Source: Octopus sinensis
Taxonomy: Eukaryota
Assembly: GCF_006345805.1 (NCBI RefSeq)
Contig: NC_043006.1
Coordinates: forward strand, 310,001-374,000
DNA length: 64,000 nt
Reading direction: 5' to 3'
In this document: piece by piece, positions 1 to 13,930 of the stretch
Layout of the letters: every line of letters starts with the position of its first letter
Position numbering within the stretch: position 1 is the first letter of the stretch
Program-made: the position numbers and the translations under genes
The notes under the pieces: generated by a model
What the model saw: the letters and a program-made list of their open reading frames with translations, nothing else
What the model was told of the DNA's origin: nothing
Database searches by the model: none

Positions 1-1544
1 GCACTGACTGGCATGGTCATGTGATGTGTATCTGAACTCTTCATATGGACATAAAACCTGTCATAAAGGGGGGGGGGAGCGACGCAGTGGGATGAAGAGG
101 GGAAGATTGATTTCAACATGTTGGCATCTCATGAAATAGGTAATAAAGGGACCTTGATGACTGGCAACAAGTGATGCTGAGCAAAGACTTGGCCACCCAA
201 GCAAATATGCTGACATTTATTAAAATGGGAATGGTAATGGAGTCTAAAATGTTTAGCATGAATCTACATCTGAACCTGTGCATCTACTAAGTTTCCCCTC
301 TGCTGTTCATCATTCATGCTCTCTCCTACCACCAGACATTATGCTCCTCCACTGCTAGCTGCCTCTCCCTGTACACCAAGAGCATCCATGTAGCATTCAG
401 CTGTAGCACCCATGCCAAGGTTGACAATGGCAGTCTTGGACTTTTCATGTCCTTTCAAACCATCCAAACTCATGTCACCCTGGAATAAGGACATTAAATA
501 ATGATGATACATTAAAGACCAAATTTTGCAAAAACATCCATCTTAGTTAATGAGTGAAATGTATATTTAATATTAGCATTTCAATAATCTTGATTAACAT
601 TTACCTTTTTACCCCAGACACACAAACTTTTTCTGGTTTTTTGATGCTCACTTGTTACACTTGAGGAATAATCTGAAATTGTATAAGTCCAAGGTTTTAC
701 TTGTTTATCGGTCAGACTGCTAAGGTTACAGATGACTTTTGAGAAATTTGTGATTGACAATGAATATCCAAAAGTTACTTGGAATTCAAGTAACCCGACT
801 TTCAGTTTTCACTTGCATATCAAACTGACAGTATTCCATTTAAATTTCATAGAATGGTTCTTTCCTTACCTGATAATGTACTGGATCTTTTCTCATCAAT
901 TTCATGATCATGTTCTACACCTTTTTTTCTTTTTAAAGCTACAAAATGGGGGTTGATGGGGGGGTTATTTTGATGTACAATTTGTGAAGTTACTTTCAAA
1001 TACAAGACATTTTTTTTCTATTGAAAAACCTGTTTCTAATCACAAAATTTGTGTGTCAGACATTGGCAATTTTTGGTGCTGGTTCTTCTGCATGCAAAGT
1101 GCTGACTGTAAAGCCATGATATCATTTTCTGTTGTGGTATGAAGTTCACATGCCACAACCGACTTATTTTCCTCCTGCAATTGTTCCAATGTTCTTGGTC
1201 TGTAGGAGAGTCTCACTTGTAACAATTCATTTTGAATATTTAGGTCACCTCAACGAAGCTTACCAAACAAACACAACAATGTCAAGGCAGGTTACAATAA
1301 GAGTGCAAGAATTTTTCAATGATCAATGGTTCATGAAACAGACACATGACTCTGGTTCCTATGACAACAAAGTTTCATGTTATTCATCACGGTCACACAT
1401 CTGTTTCTGTTGAATCATTAGTGACATCTTCAGTAATGGTCTCACTTTTGGCCAGCAACACATTCTTAACTTTCAATTTGTTCTTCTTCCCAGAATGACT
1501 AAAAGACATCTTAACCATGCTTCAACATTATGATGATGATGATC

Positions 1545-2200
1545 ATCATCATTTAACGTCTGTTGTCCATGCAGGCATGGGTTGGACAGTTTGACCAGGA
1601 CTGGCAAGCTGTAAGGTTGTACCAGACTCCAATATGATTTAGCAAGGTTTCTCTGGCTGGATGCCCTTCCTAACACTAACCATTCTGAGAGTGTAATGAG
1701 TGCTTTTACGTGCCACTGGCATGGGTGCCAGTTGCGTGACACCAATATCTGCCACGACTGCAATTTTACCTGGCTTGATGGGTCTTCTTCTCAAGCACAC
1801 CATAATGCCAAAGGTCTCGGTCATTCGTCATTGCCTCCATGAGGCCCAGCACTTGAAAGATGCTTTTCACAGGCCACCAGCATCAGCCACCTTGCCTGCG
1901 TGAGGCCAAATGCTTGAAAGGTGCTTTTTACATGTCACTGGCACGGGTGCCAGATTCTACCAGCAATGTTGTAAGCTATGAAGTAAATAATTCACAAAGA
2001 TATGACAATGCCTCATCATCTTTTGACATCCGTTTTCCATGCAGGCATGGGTTGGACAGTTTGACAAGAGTTGGCAAGCCAGAGAGCTTCACCTGGTTCC
2101 AGTCTGATTTGGCTGGATGGTCCTTCCTAATGCGAACCACTTTACAGTGCGTGCTGGGTGCTTTTATGTGGTGCTGGCATGTGCTTTTTATGTGGGACCA
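1545..2200 (-). mobile_element. Two older copies of the same RTE-tail-like family (1545-1960 and 2015-2200); further copies at about 3272-3470, 3790-3960, 3978-4215, 7690-7890, 11350-11530, 28490-28650, 37780-38010, 39590-39790 and 54088-54330
   Basis: Shared CCATGCAGGCATGGGTTGGACAGTTTGAC and GGATGCCCTTCCTAA..CCAACCAC motifs. Confidence 0.75.
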
Positions 2201-2479
2201 GCAGAGGTCTCTTGAATGGCTAATCCTCTTCATCAGGGGGCCTGACATTAACACTTCAGCCGTGGAGGATGAGTCTTCTTGAGTACAGCAAGTTTGAATA
2301 GTTTGATTAAAAAAAAATTTAGATGACATATAAGTAACTACATAACTGAATATTCAGTAGCATGTCTTCAAAAATCTCTTTAACTGCTGCAAGTGAAGGG
2401 GTACTTTAATCAAGATTTAGATCTTCTGTGTCCTCTTATACTGTTCACTGGCTAGCACACATCATGCTATTTATATGTA

Positions 2480-2945
2480 TCATCATCATCATCGTTTAAC
2501 GTCCGCTTTCCATGCTAGCATGGGTTGGACAATTTGACTGAGGGCTAGCAACCAGATGGCTGCACCAGGCTCCAGTCTGATCTGGCAGAGTTTCTACAGC
2601 TGGATGTCCTTCCTAACGCCGACCACTCCGAGAGTGTAGTGGGTGCTTTTACATGCAACTGGCACAAGGGCCAGTTTGGTGGTACTGGCAACGGCCACGC
2701 CCAAATGGTGCTTTTTACATGCCACCTGCACAGGAGCCAGTCCAGCAGCACTGGCGACGACCTCGCTCGAATGTTTCACATGCCACCAGCACAAGTGCTA
2801 GTAAGGCGACGCGGTAATGATCACGCTCAAATGGTGTGCTTACCGTGCCATTGGCACGGAGGCCAGCTTGTTGCTCTGGCAACGATCTCACTCGTATGGT
2901 ACTCTTAGCGCTCCACTAGCCACAGATGCCAGTCACCGAGTTGGA
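2480..2945 (-). mobile_element. RTE-tail-like short retroelement with internal ~55-60 bp tandem units
   Basis: (CAT)n CGTTTAACGTCCGCTTTCCATGCTAGCATGGG start; about 80-90% similar by eye to 26904, 33055 and 43440 copies. Confidence 0.85.
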
Positions 2946-5900
2946 AAAATAGATACGTATGTTTGTGCATACACACACACACATATATATAATGTACTGA
3001 TCCATGATAGAAAATTCAACAAAACAAGCACTCCATCTGGTGAGAGATATTATTTATTAAAAGGTCACAATGTATATCAGAAGTCAAGTTCATTCATCCT
3101 AACAGTTTCATATTTTTCTATAATTTTTTCACTTCTTTGTTAATTTGTGAATTCTTGGTCTCCAGTCATTGAGTCTTCCTCATAAAGTAGCAATTCAGCT
3201 TTTGGGGTATCTTTTATTCCTTATTTTTCAAAAATCATTTTTGCTCTTTTGGTCATGGTTGTATCATCTTCACCACCATCGTTTAACGTCCGCTTTCCAT
3301 ACTGGTATGGGTTAGACTGAAGACTTTGGCAAGCCGGAAGGCTGCACTTGGCTCTAATCTGATTTGACTAGGTTTCTATAGCTGGATGCTCTCCCTAATG
3401 CCAACCACTCCGAAAGTGTAGTGGGTGCTTTTTATGTGCCACCAGCACAGGTGCCAGCCAGGTGGTACTGGCATTGTGTATGAATTCCCCAAAGGAAAAC
3501 TGATGCAGCATTCATTTGTAATGCAGGCTTTTTCCTCAGATCGTGTCTTTGATCAAGCTGTAGTCTTGAATTAAGTGTAGGCAGGGCACATAACATCTGA
3601 AGTCATCATTGTTACCATGTTGTTATGGATTAGACAGTTTAACAGGATCTGTGATAGGTCCAAGACTAGAGCAACAGTTTCTTTTTGTAACCGAGATTTG
3701 CTCAATTGACCAAGACTTATGGTGTATTTGCTGTGCTCAGGAAGACCCTTCAAGCTAAGTGAAATCATAGTTATGGCCACTTCTGGTGACATGCGAAAGG
3801 CACCTGTATTGATGAATTGTAAAAAAAAAAAACTCAGTACACTGTGTGGAGTGGTTGGCATTAGGAAGGGCATCCAGCCATAGAAGCCAAACTAAAACAG
3901 ACTGGAGCTTGTGCAGTTTTCTGGTTTCCATATATAGACACAAACATGACTTTATGGTTAAGAAGTTTGCTTCAACATTATCATCATCATCATCATCTAA
4001 TCTCTGTTCTCCATGCAGTCATGGGTTGGACAGTTTGACCAGGACTGGCAAGTTGGAAGGCTGCACCAGACTCCAGTATGATTTGGTATGGTTTCTATGG
4101 CTGGATGCTCTTCTTAACATCAACCACTCTGAGAGTGTAATGAGTGCTTTTTACATTCCACCGGCACAGGTGCCGTTTGTGTAACATCAGTGTCTGCCAT
4201 GACTGCAGTTTTACTTGGCTCATGGAGGCAAACCTCTTAACCATAAACTGCAAACCATCTTACCCATGCCAGAATGGAAAACAGACACTTTTTAACTCCA
4301 TATATCTCCCCCACTGTTTTTATTTTCGGCTTTATGTCCTTTTCAGAAAACTTATTTTCACTAGCATCTCACCAAAGTTTGGACCTTTGGAGTCGCTTAT
4401 ACTTTGTACTTGGCATTCTTGCCTGTTACCGATTATTGACTTTTTCTTTGTCTAGGTGTTTCCGTCTGTAAAATAGTAATTTGAATATTCATTGTTAAGA
4501 GTGAAAACAAATCTTTTCTTGGCTGGAAATGAAGACAATTAACTGCAGTCACAGAAAATTCTATTGAAAGAATTTTTAATGAAAAAAAGAATATTTCTTA
4601 CAAGATACTGTTATAAATTAAGCATTTTCTTTAGAATCCGGTATATTGCTGTCTTGGTAATAAAGAGTAATGACTTAACCCTTCATTACTATATTTCTAT
4701 TGAAATCTGCTATTTTTCTCTCTATTAACTTAGAAAATAATGAAGAATTTACCAAAATAATTTTGTTTTTTTATTCTTTCTTTGCTGGTTTCTTAACTTG
4801 TCTAAATGATTTTAACTTCATATTGTATTTGAAGCCAGTTTGAGGAAGAAAAATTGTAACAATTCTTCTGACGAGATACTTGACAAGGAATATTTATTTA
4901 ATTTGTTTCATTGCCATCTGTATCTAGTTGCCGCTAATTAGAAATATTTAATTTCTCTCAATTTCAAAATGTTTACATGGTTTGACTCTAAACAAAAGTG
5001 CTTTGGGCCAGTTTCTTTGCCATAATTCTTCACAGCTAACATTGTGGAGACGATAAACAAGAAATGCTTGACCAAAAGTCTTTAATTTTCCAGCTCTAGT
5101 CCATTACATTCTAAGTTCATTTCTTACTAGAATTGGCTTTGTTTTTCATTCCATTCATCCTCATCATCACATGTACTGTTTTACATGCTTGCATGGGTCA
5201 GATGGAATTTGAGGCAGATTTTCTATGACTAAATGATCTCCTTATCACCTCCTTACACCTGTGTCGAAGCAAGCTAATATTTCCCTATAGATTGACAAAC
5301 TTTCATAGAATACTGGAAATGAATGACATTCTTTTATTAAAATAAGGAGACACAAACTCTCTCTCATTTATATAAATATATGTGTATGTGTGTATATATG
5401 TGTGTGTGTGTGTGTGTATGATGGGCTTCTTTTAGTTTCCATCTGCCAAAACCACACTCACAAAGCTTTGGTCAGCCTGGGGCTATAGTGGGAAACACTA
5501 TGCAGTAGGAATGAACTTACAATCCCATGGTTGGGCAACAAGCTGCCTTTAAACTACACAGACATGCCCGCATCTTCATTACTAGTAAATAAACATTGAT
5601 AAAACTTCTAGTTAATGTAAATTTCTATGAAGATATTGGCCCTGGATTGTTGGTTTGGTTTTGTTATTCTAAAAGAATTGGATCTGCATTTGAATTATTA
5701 ACCAGTCTGTTTTGTGAGAGTTTCTAACCTCTTCAGATCTCAATCCATCGAAGACGGAACCTGGTTCTTTGATACAATATTGCTCATTTCTAAAGTGTTC
5801 ATATCCCAATTAAAACTTTCCATCCTAATTTTAACATCAGCTGGAGATAGAAATAAATGTAAAAATAAATTAAGTTCCTCAAAATTCTCGTGTTGTGGTT

Positions 5901-8175
5901 TGACAAGATCTGATAAGTCCAAGGACTGCATTGTGCGCCAGTGTCTGCTTTGGCCTGGTCTTTATGACTGAATGCTCTTCCTAAGGTCAACCACCTTACA
6001 GTATGTACTGGGTGCCACCAGCACTAGTGAGGTCACCATGCAGCTTGCAAGACAATGAACCCCAAGAGAGGTGACTTTGGACTCTAAATGTTGATGATGA
6101 TGAGTGATTAAAATATGACACAAGGGCAGGAGTAGAGCAGGTTTCTTGCTGTTGAAAGGGCATTTTTTAAAATTTATTTTTAATGATTGAAGCACATAAG
6201 TAGTAAATTTCATTATTTATATATATGGAAAGGTATATATTGACTGTGGGAAGTGGGTTTTTTTCTTTCTTTTTTTTTTTTTGTAAAAAAGAAAGGATAT
6301 TGTATTTGGTTGTTTTAAGAAATGTCTGTTGAAGTGGTTGTGGCTGATTGCATCTACAGCTCTTGATGGAAACTAGTTCTGATTCTTGTTGGTATTTTCA
6401 TGGGATTTAGTTTCATCCATTTCAATTATTGTTGTCTTCCTTGTACACACACATTAATTTTTTATTCGGTGAGTCTGAATGAAGATTCAGAGCCTATGAC
6501 CTTTGCAGGTCCTCCAAAACTGGTGATTGTTGCTATTAATGTTCTGTTTAAGCTGTTGCCAGTCACAGTGCCTGCAGGAAGAAGATTCCAGAGAGCTGAT
6601 GTTCCGCAGAAGGAGGATTGGGACTTGTGGTTAGTGCAGAGATAAGTAAATTGGATGCAACAAGGGTGATGAAAAGTGGAGAAACGAGTGGGTCAGATGC
6701 ACCTGAGTGCTGAAGGTACCTCACCAGCCAGCTCCAAGGAGCAGAGACTATTTAGCAGTGATAGAAAAAGACTGGGAGGGGAGGCAGCATGCTTGTGCAC
6801 TGGAGTGTGTCCACTATCAGTGGAATATCAATCAGCTGAGTGGTCATTCTTTGGGGGCAGTCTGCCTAGTCACAGCACCATCCCAGATGTAGGCCTCACT
6901 TGAGCATTGTAGTGTGTCAGTAGCTGTTTAGGACTGAAATGCCTTCTGGCCCTAAAAAGAAAGGCCAGTCTTTAGGAGGCAATCCTAGCTCTACTAAGGA
7001 TGTACCAGGAGAGATCTTTGGTGATAGTGGCCTGAGTGTTTTGCTGTTAGAAGGGACAAATTTGGCATGGCTCTTCTGGTGAATGCTCTCAAGGTCTCCC
7101 TTTATGGAATCAATGCCACTTATTTGTTCTTTGTCTTTGGAGTTGGCTAACATTGCTCATTCAGCAGATCATACTAACTCCATCTTTGTAGACCCTCATC
7201 ATCCACTTCTTGATAGTTAAACTTTTGCAATGAGGTGGTTGGTGCTAAACCTATGTAAAACAGACTCTGAAACCTGATGTAGTCTTCTGCCTAGCCAGCG
7301 CCTCTCAAACTGTCCAACCTATATCAGCGTGGAAAGCAGATTTTAAATGATGATGATGATGATGAAGCTCATGAGGGAGTCTCTGCCTGGTTGGTGGATC
7401 TGCGAAACATAGCAGTCAAATCTAATGAGAACACACTGGACAAAATAGTTTTTGATGTACAAAATGACAGGAAGGTCATGGATGGAATGCTCTTTGATCA
7501 TAGGTTTTCTCAATTCTAGGAGATGCATCATAATCTGTTTTTTTTTTTTAAAGAAGTGCCAGTATCTCTCTGATCTTCCATCTCTCTCAGACCCTAACAA
7601 ATCTCTCTCAGGCCCTAACAAATATCCTGTAACTAATTCCATCCACTTCTTGGTTTAGCAGTACGAGAAGAAAATATAGTAACAGAGAAATCATCATCAT
7701 TGTTTAACATCTGGCTTCCATACTGGCATGGATGGATGGTTTGACAGGGTCTAATGAATTGGAGGAGTGGGTCATGCCTCAGTTCCTGGTTTGGCTGGGT
7801 GCCCTTCTCAATGCCAACCACTTTACAGCATGTACTGGGTGCTTTTTTTCACGACACTAGCACTAGTGGATTGCTAGGTAGCTTGCAACGTCTAAGGTCC
7901 TAAAGTGGACCTTAGATAAGGGATCGGGGAGTATGACAGAGAACAGGATATAGAGAAAGATGGGATTGATGACACAGTTGAGAAAAAGTGAGGGATGGAG
8001 TTGTAAAGGTAACACCGTGGGTTGTGTAAAGGAGGAATGGGGTTTTGGGTTTACAGCATTATTAAGGAACAAGTATGTGATGGAAGGGAGAAAGAAAGGA
8101 GCAGTTAGAATAGGAGAAGTGTGGGAAGGAGAGGAGGGGTTTGGTCAGATGGGGGACAAATGAGGAAGAGTGTTG

Positions 8176-8620
8176 GGAAGTTTTTGGAATTTTCAGAAAG
8201 TTTTTGCAAATTGGAGTTCTTCACCTGGGAATTCATGATTATGAAAAAAAAAATTTTTTTTGTGTGTGTGTGATTTAAGGACGATTTAGCTATTGCCCTT
8301 AGCACACCTCACGACCACCTGATACCTTCCCTGTTTCTGTCACATTTAAAGGAATAATGATGCATTTAAGGGTAGTCCATTGCTGGGATTTAAGCAAGAA
8401 ATTCAGACTGTCCTTATTTTAAACTGTGGTTAAAAAAAAAAAGAAAAATTGGAATAGGGGGTGGAGGGTAAAAATTAAAAAAAAAAATTTTTTTCCATGA
8501 TTGTATGAATTCCCATGTGTAGAACACAAATTTGCAAAAAATTTCTGGAAATTCTAAAAAATAGAGAAGTTATGAGGGTTACATGGAAGTGCTTAAACCG
8601 GAATTCTACCAATATGTCAA
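8176..8620. mobile_element. Inverted-repeat-bounded element (second copy, inverted, at about 53020-53710)
   Basis: 8176-8250 pairs with about 8480-8575; interior TGTGTGATTTAAGGACGATTTAGCT matches the reverse complement of 53490-53590. Confidence 0.7.
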
Positions 8621-8935
8621 ACATCAAAAGATTTTATCTCAGTGTTTATCTTCCCACAGTTCAGTAATTGATCCAGCCTCTTTTACCCATTGTTTTGCAA
8701 TGACATGTTAATATTCAACCATTTCTCTGTTTGCTCTAATCACTACTTACATTGTTCTCTTGTTCAATTCCAATTTACCATTCTGTATTCCACTTGTTTT
8801 TCACCGATTCTAATTTATTTCCTCATGAATATTATTTTCTCTTCATTTTCTTTATTTGCAATTGCATCTTCTGTTTTGTAAATCGTATTCATTTTGATTT
8901 GTTTTATTTTAACCTAAATTTGTAATGGTTTCTAG

Positions 8936-8997
8936 AGTGGACAGAGACCAAAGTGGTCAGATATCTTCAAAGGAGTTACAAGATGCACTTTCTAATG
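8936..8997 (+). CDS. PDCD6: PDCD6/ALG-2 coding exon 2a (EF-hand 1 loop; (R)VDRDQSGQISSKELQDALSN(G))
   Basis: tttctag|A GTG GAC AGA...TCT AAT G|gtgagt; 62 nt, phase 2 in / phase 1 out; canonical EF loop DRDQSGQISSKE; splices in frame to exon 3. Confidence 0.95.
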
Positions 8998-9213
8998 GTG
9001 AGTTTTTTAAGAAATGCATTACTCTGGACAAACTATATATTTTTATTTTCCCCTCAAATTTGAAGGTTTTTAAAAAACCGTTTCTTCTTACAATAATCAG
9101 ACTTTAGATAAGTGATTCAATGTACATTATTTATTTAGTCCACTAGTACAGTAAATAAATTTTATATAGCTCACTAGTGTAGTAAATTCATTTTATATAA
9201 ATCACTAATACAG

Positions 9214-9618
9214 TAAACACATAAGGAATCTACTCATGGAATTCAACACGCTAGAAAGAACAGCTAGGTTCTATAACCACAGAAATTGGCATTTTTTTAT
9301 TGCCGGCGTAGGGCTGCGTCTGCGCAGTAGATTTTGAAAAGATTAGGATATATAAACGGGAGGCATATACTTTGATTGCCTCGTTGTTTATATATTTAAC
9401 CCAAGGTGTACCTGTTGAGGACAATTTCACCTCGTGAGCAAATATTATTTGCTTGCTAAACTAAAATCAGAAACCAATTAATCCAGGAAACTTGATGGTA
9501 AAATGTTTTTATTTTTCATTTCGTTCCTGTTGAATTTTATCCCTAATTTTTGTGGTTATAGAACCTAGCTGTTCTTTCTAGCATGTTGAATCCCACGAGT
9601 GGATTCCTTATGTGTTTA
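9214..9618. mobile_element. Fold-back MITE with ~74-bp TIRs
   Basis: 9214-9287 is the reverse complement of 9545-9618 with few mismatches; TA at both ends. Confidence 0.85.
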
Positions 9619-9734
9619 AATGTACACTGTATTTTATGACTAATTCATAGTCTTTTGGGACTAAATTTTTACACGTTAGGCCACTGGAAGTGAAACACTT
9701 TAATTAATTTTCCATTTCCCTTTGATATGTTTAA

Positions 9735-9787
<53 letters not shown>

Positions 9788-9894
9788 TGAAATAAACATA
9801 CATTATTTGGATATTTAGTGTTAGATTGGTTGTGAGTTCATGGTTATACTGTGTGAAATTGGTCATGTTTCTCAAGAACCATGTAGTGTATAAA

Positions 9895-10200
9895 ATCAGT
9901 CACAGATCTAAATGTACATTTTGCATGAGATTGATCACAACTCTGTATGTGTCTCGTGTGAAATCAGTGAAAACTCTGTGTTTGCATGTTGTGTGAGATG
10001 AGTCACAACTGTATACTTTTGTGTAAGATCAGTCATAATTCTCTATGCTTGCTTGCTTGTGTGAGATCAGTCACAGGCTTTCTGTACTCGTATGTTATGT
10101 GAGATCAGTCGTAATTCTCTGCTTGCCTTTTTTGTGTGATCAGTCACAACTCTCTGTACCTGCTTGCTGTGTTAGATCAGTCATAACTCTATACTTTTGT
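9895..10200. repeat. Degenerate ~35-40-bp minisatellite
   Basis: About 8 copies of GTGTGAGATCAGTCACAACTCT.. Confidence 0.8.
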
Positions 10201-11860
10201 GAATAAAATCAGTCAATTTGTCAAAGAATTTACAACACAGGATGTGTAAATTCTTGTCAGACAACCCTTCAATATGGGGATCACTAATTTTATAATTTTA
10301 CATCAGACTATGCACCTTGTTATACCTGTAATTAGTCTTGTAATTGTGTGCCTGAAGCTATTTCTGTGTGCATGGTCAGTATCGAGAGAAGTGGGTGGGA
10401 ATCACATGAGTTTCTTTGGAAGCTCAATATTGATTTAAATCTTTTGATACCAAACCACCCGAGATTGCTCTTGGTTTTATGATGCAAATTTTGTGCATTA
10501 ATCTCATCTAAATAACTTCCTTTTAAAATTTCATTTGTTTCAAAATGTTATTTTACCATATTCTTCCTTATTTTTTTAAAATTGAAAGCAAAACAGAAAT
10601 ATAAGTATTGAAAGGGTTAATTAAGTTTGAACAGATATAAACATTGAAAAATAACTCAAAACGGTACTTGCTTCCCATTCTGAAATGCTTTATTGTTTTC
10701 ACAAAAAAAAAAGGGAAAAAAACTATAAAACTATTGTTTATTTTTCTTTCACGAGTAAACGGAAGTTTGTCCAGTGTTTTGTTTTTCTTTCCTGGGGTTT
10801 ACACTCCGACCTGTTTATCTAGTGTAGTATTGTTTCTAGCAGCAGTTGTGAAGCCGTTACTGACGTCGTTCTTCACAATATTCTGTCACCCTGGCCCCTT
10901 TTATGTCCTTGCAGTAGTCTTAGACTCACGTAGTGTTTTTTTAGTTGCCCTTGATGTTTGTGCATTTTTATGTAATTAGGGTACAGCCCTACACTTAGCT
11001 TCAAGATTGCCACTAGATTCATTTCATTAAAAGGGACACAGGTGTTTTAAAATGTAGTCCCAAATGAAAATTTCCTTGGTAAATTTATAAATATGTTAGT
11101 ACCCACTTGTTGCCAAAAAGGGCAGCAGTTTTTATCAATAGAAAATGGTGCACCAAACCAATGGGAGATGAACATCAGCAACAGAGCAAATATGCCAAAT
11201 CATGTGTAAACGCAATTTAGATTTAAACTCAAAGGTTATCTAATACTTTTTAGTCACTCTTACGTGTTTCAGTCATTTGACTGAGGCCATGCTGGAGCAC
11301 CACCTTTAGTCAAACAAATCGACCCCAGTACTTATTCTATCGATCTCTTTCTACAGCTGGATGCCCTTCCTAATGCCAACCACTCCATGAGTGTAGTGGG
11401 GGCCAGAGGAGGTTGGCAAACAGCCACGATCAGTTGGTGCTTTTATGTGTCACAGACACCAGTCAGGCGCGCGCCGGCATTTGCCATGTTCGGATGGTGC
11501 TTTTTACGTGTCACCGGCACGGGTGTCTTAACTACAAATCTGCAAATGATTTACTTATGCTATGCTGGTGGTCTGCCAAGGTGTGTATAGCAGTCCCCTT
11601 ACCTCAATGAATTTCAAGCATTATGAACACACAGCTTCTAAAAGATGTCGGCCAATGAAAAACAACCGTGATCAACATATTCACGCTTGATTGCACCAAA
11701 ATGTATTGAGAATAAATAGATATGTTATTATACGGAGAGAAAAATCAAACAAATGTAGTTTTATGAATCAGTAATAATAAGGATTCAAGGATTTAAAACA
11801 CATTAAACTGTTGTTTTGTTGTTAAGTAATATAATCCCCTTTTCTGTTCAAATGTAAAAC

Positions 11861-12200
11861 AGACGCAGACGTGGCTGTGTGGAAAGAAGCTTGCTTCCTA
11901 ACCACATGGTCCCGGGTTCAGTCCCACTGCATGGCACTTTATGCAAGTGTCTTCTGCTATAGCCTCAAGTCGACCATATATATATATATAAATATGTGTG
12001 TCTATGTTTGTCCCCCCCCCACCCACTCACCATCACTTGATAACCGATGTTGGTGTGTTTACGTCGCTGTGACTTAGCAGTCAGCAAAAAGGGTCCACTA
12101 GAATAAGTACTAGGCTTACAAAGAATAAATCCTGAGGTTGATTTGTTCAACTAAAGGCGGTGCTCCAGCATGGCCGCTGACTGAAACAAGTAAAAGAAGA
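11861..12200 (+). mobile_element. tRNA-derived SINE family A (internally deleted copy)
   Basis: A-box-like TGGCTGTGTGG, B-box-like GGTTCAGTCC, internal (TA)n, 3' end GCATGGCCG..GACTGAAACAAGTAAAAG. Confidence 0.85.
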
Positions 12201-13639
12201 AAAATATATTTTCTGATGTAGAATAAAAACTCAAAACTTTTGTGGTTTTAAATTCCATTTAAAACTGAAACGGGTTCCTTCAGGGGATATATTTATCACA
12301 ATAATGTCAGCTTATATTTCCCCTTATATTTCTTTTCAGGTTCACATGTTATCGTTATTACATATTTTTCCTTTTCTTTTGTTTTTTTTCTTTCTTCTAA
12401 CAAATTTAACTTGAGTAAGTTATTGTTTAATTTAATTAACTTCATTAATGTAACCAGTTTTGAAAGTTAGATACTTGTAGCCCACGCCGTTGCATTTAAC
12501 CCTTAGATATCAACCCGCCTGCCTGAAACCACCCCTGGTTCTATGATACCAATTCCTTGTTTTAAAATGATCTAAATTAAAACCTTCCAGCAAAATTTCA
12601 AATCAATTCAATGTTCCAAACATCAGCTTAATAATAATAATAATAATAATGATAATAACACAGTTATTATACTAAATCCTTTATCATTTTTAAAATGAAC
12701 TGAAACAAATGCAGTGTATTTCAACAGAAATAGAAATAATAAAAGAGTTAAAACAGTGTTTCTCAACCTATTTTCCCCCAGGCCCCACCACACCCTTCCA
12801 GAAAAATGTATTCCCCACTGGTGGTTAGTAAAAAACAACTTTATTTTTAATATATCATAATTTTATACTTTCCTTCAAGAAATATCCATAGTAGGACGTT
12901 AGAATACACTATACTTTAGTAAACAGTTTTCACACAGAATATTTGGCTTGAGAGATTGGTTGGGCCAGGCTGAGTTTAGGTGTGGTATATTTGTTGTGAA
13001 AACAGCAGATTTTCATAATTCCATGCCCTATTAAAAAAAAAAAAAGCAAGAAATTTTGAATCCCACTTTCCACCACAATTTCCCCAGGTTCCACCAGTAG
13101 GATATATACTCCACATTGGGAATCAATGAGTTAAAGTCAGTAATACTTTATAAGAAAAGTATAAACATCACACCATTTCGTTTCCTTATTTCTGCACAAG
13201 GCCTCATCAGTGCCTTTATTATTATTTTTTTTTTTTGTTTTACACAGTGTAGTGAAATCAATTTAACACACATAATATGTATCTATTTTTGTTGTACTTT
13301 AAAGACCTCCACAATAAACTAACACACCCTCTTTGCTTTTGCAAATGGATTCTAATCTCATGTCAGTTATCTGCTAATTACTTGAGCGATTGATGCTAAA
13401 TTTGACCACTCCCTTTACGAGTTAGTAGCTGCATTCACACAAAGTTGCTCACTTTATTAACATTAATTCAACGTTGTGGATTTAACTTCTTAATTGAAAT
13501 TAATTTAATCAAATTAATTGTATGGTTGAGAGATTTTAGTCATATGCAAATTATATCAAATATATAAAATTATATATAATGTGTATATGCATCATTTAAT
13601 GAAGTTATGTTGATTATGGTGTTAATCAGAATGAGATTT

Positions 13640-13930
13640 AATACTATAATAGGATATACATGCATACACATGTGTATGCATGTATATGCATATATACATG
13701 TATGTCTGTATGTGTGCATGTATATACATGTATGTGTGCATATACACATGTATGTATGTGTGCATATACATGTGTGTGCATGTATATATGTCTGTGCATG
13801 TATATACACGTATGTGTGCATGTATATACATGTATGTGTGCATATACACATGTTTGCATGTATATATGTCTGCATGTATATACATGTATGTGTGCATATA
13901 CATGTCTGTGCATGTATATACATGTATGAT
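13640..13930. repeat. Compound (TA/CA/TG) microsatellite
   Basis: Source of the spurious MHTH/MYIH ORFs. Confidence 0.9.

Noticed and set aside
6470-7200. GC-richer segment with short ORFs on both strands, possibly a gene or retroelement ORF1
   Set aside because: No domain motif I can identify with confidence and no consistent splice structure
1-8935. PDCD6 exon 1 (Gly/Pro-rich N-terminus ending ...W..FQR)
   Set aside because: No matching sequence with a phase-2 donor found by eye; the region is mostly decayed repeats, so exon 1 is probably upstream of the window
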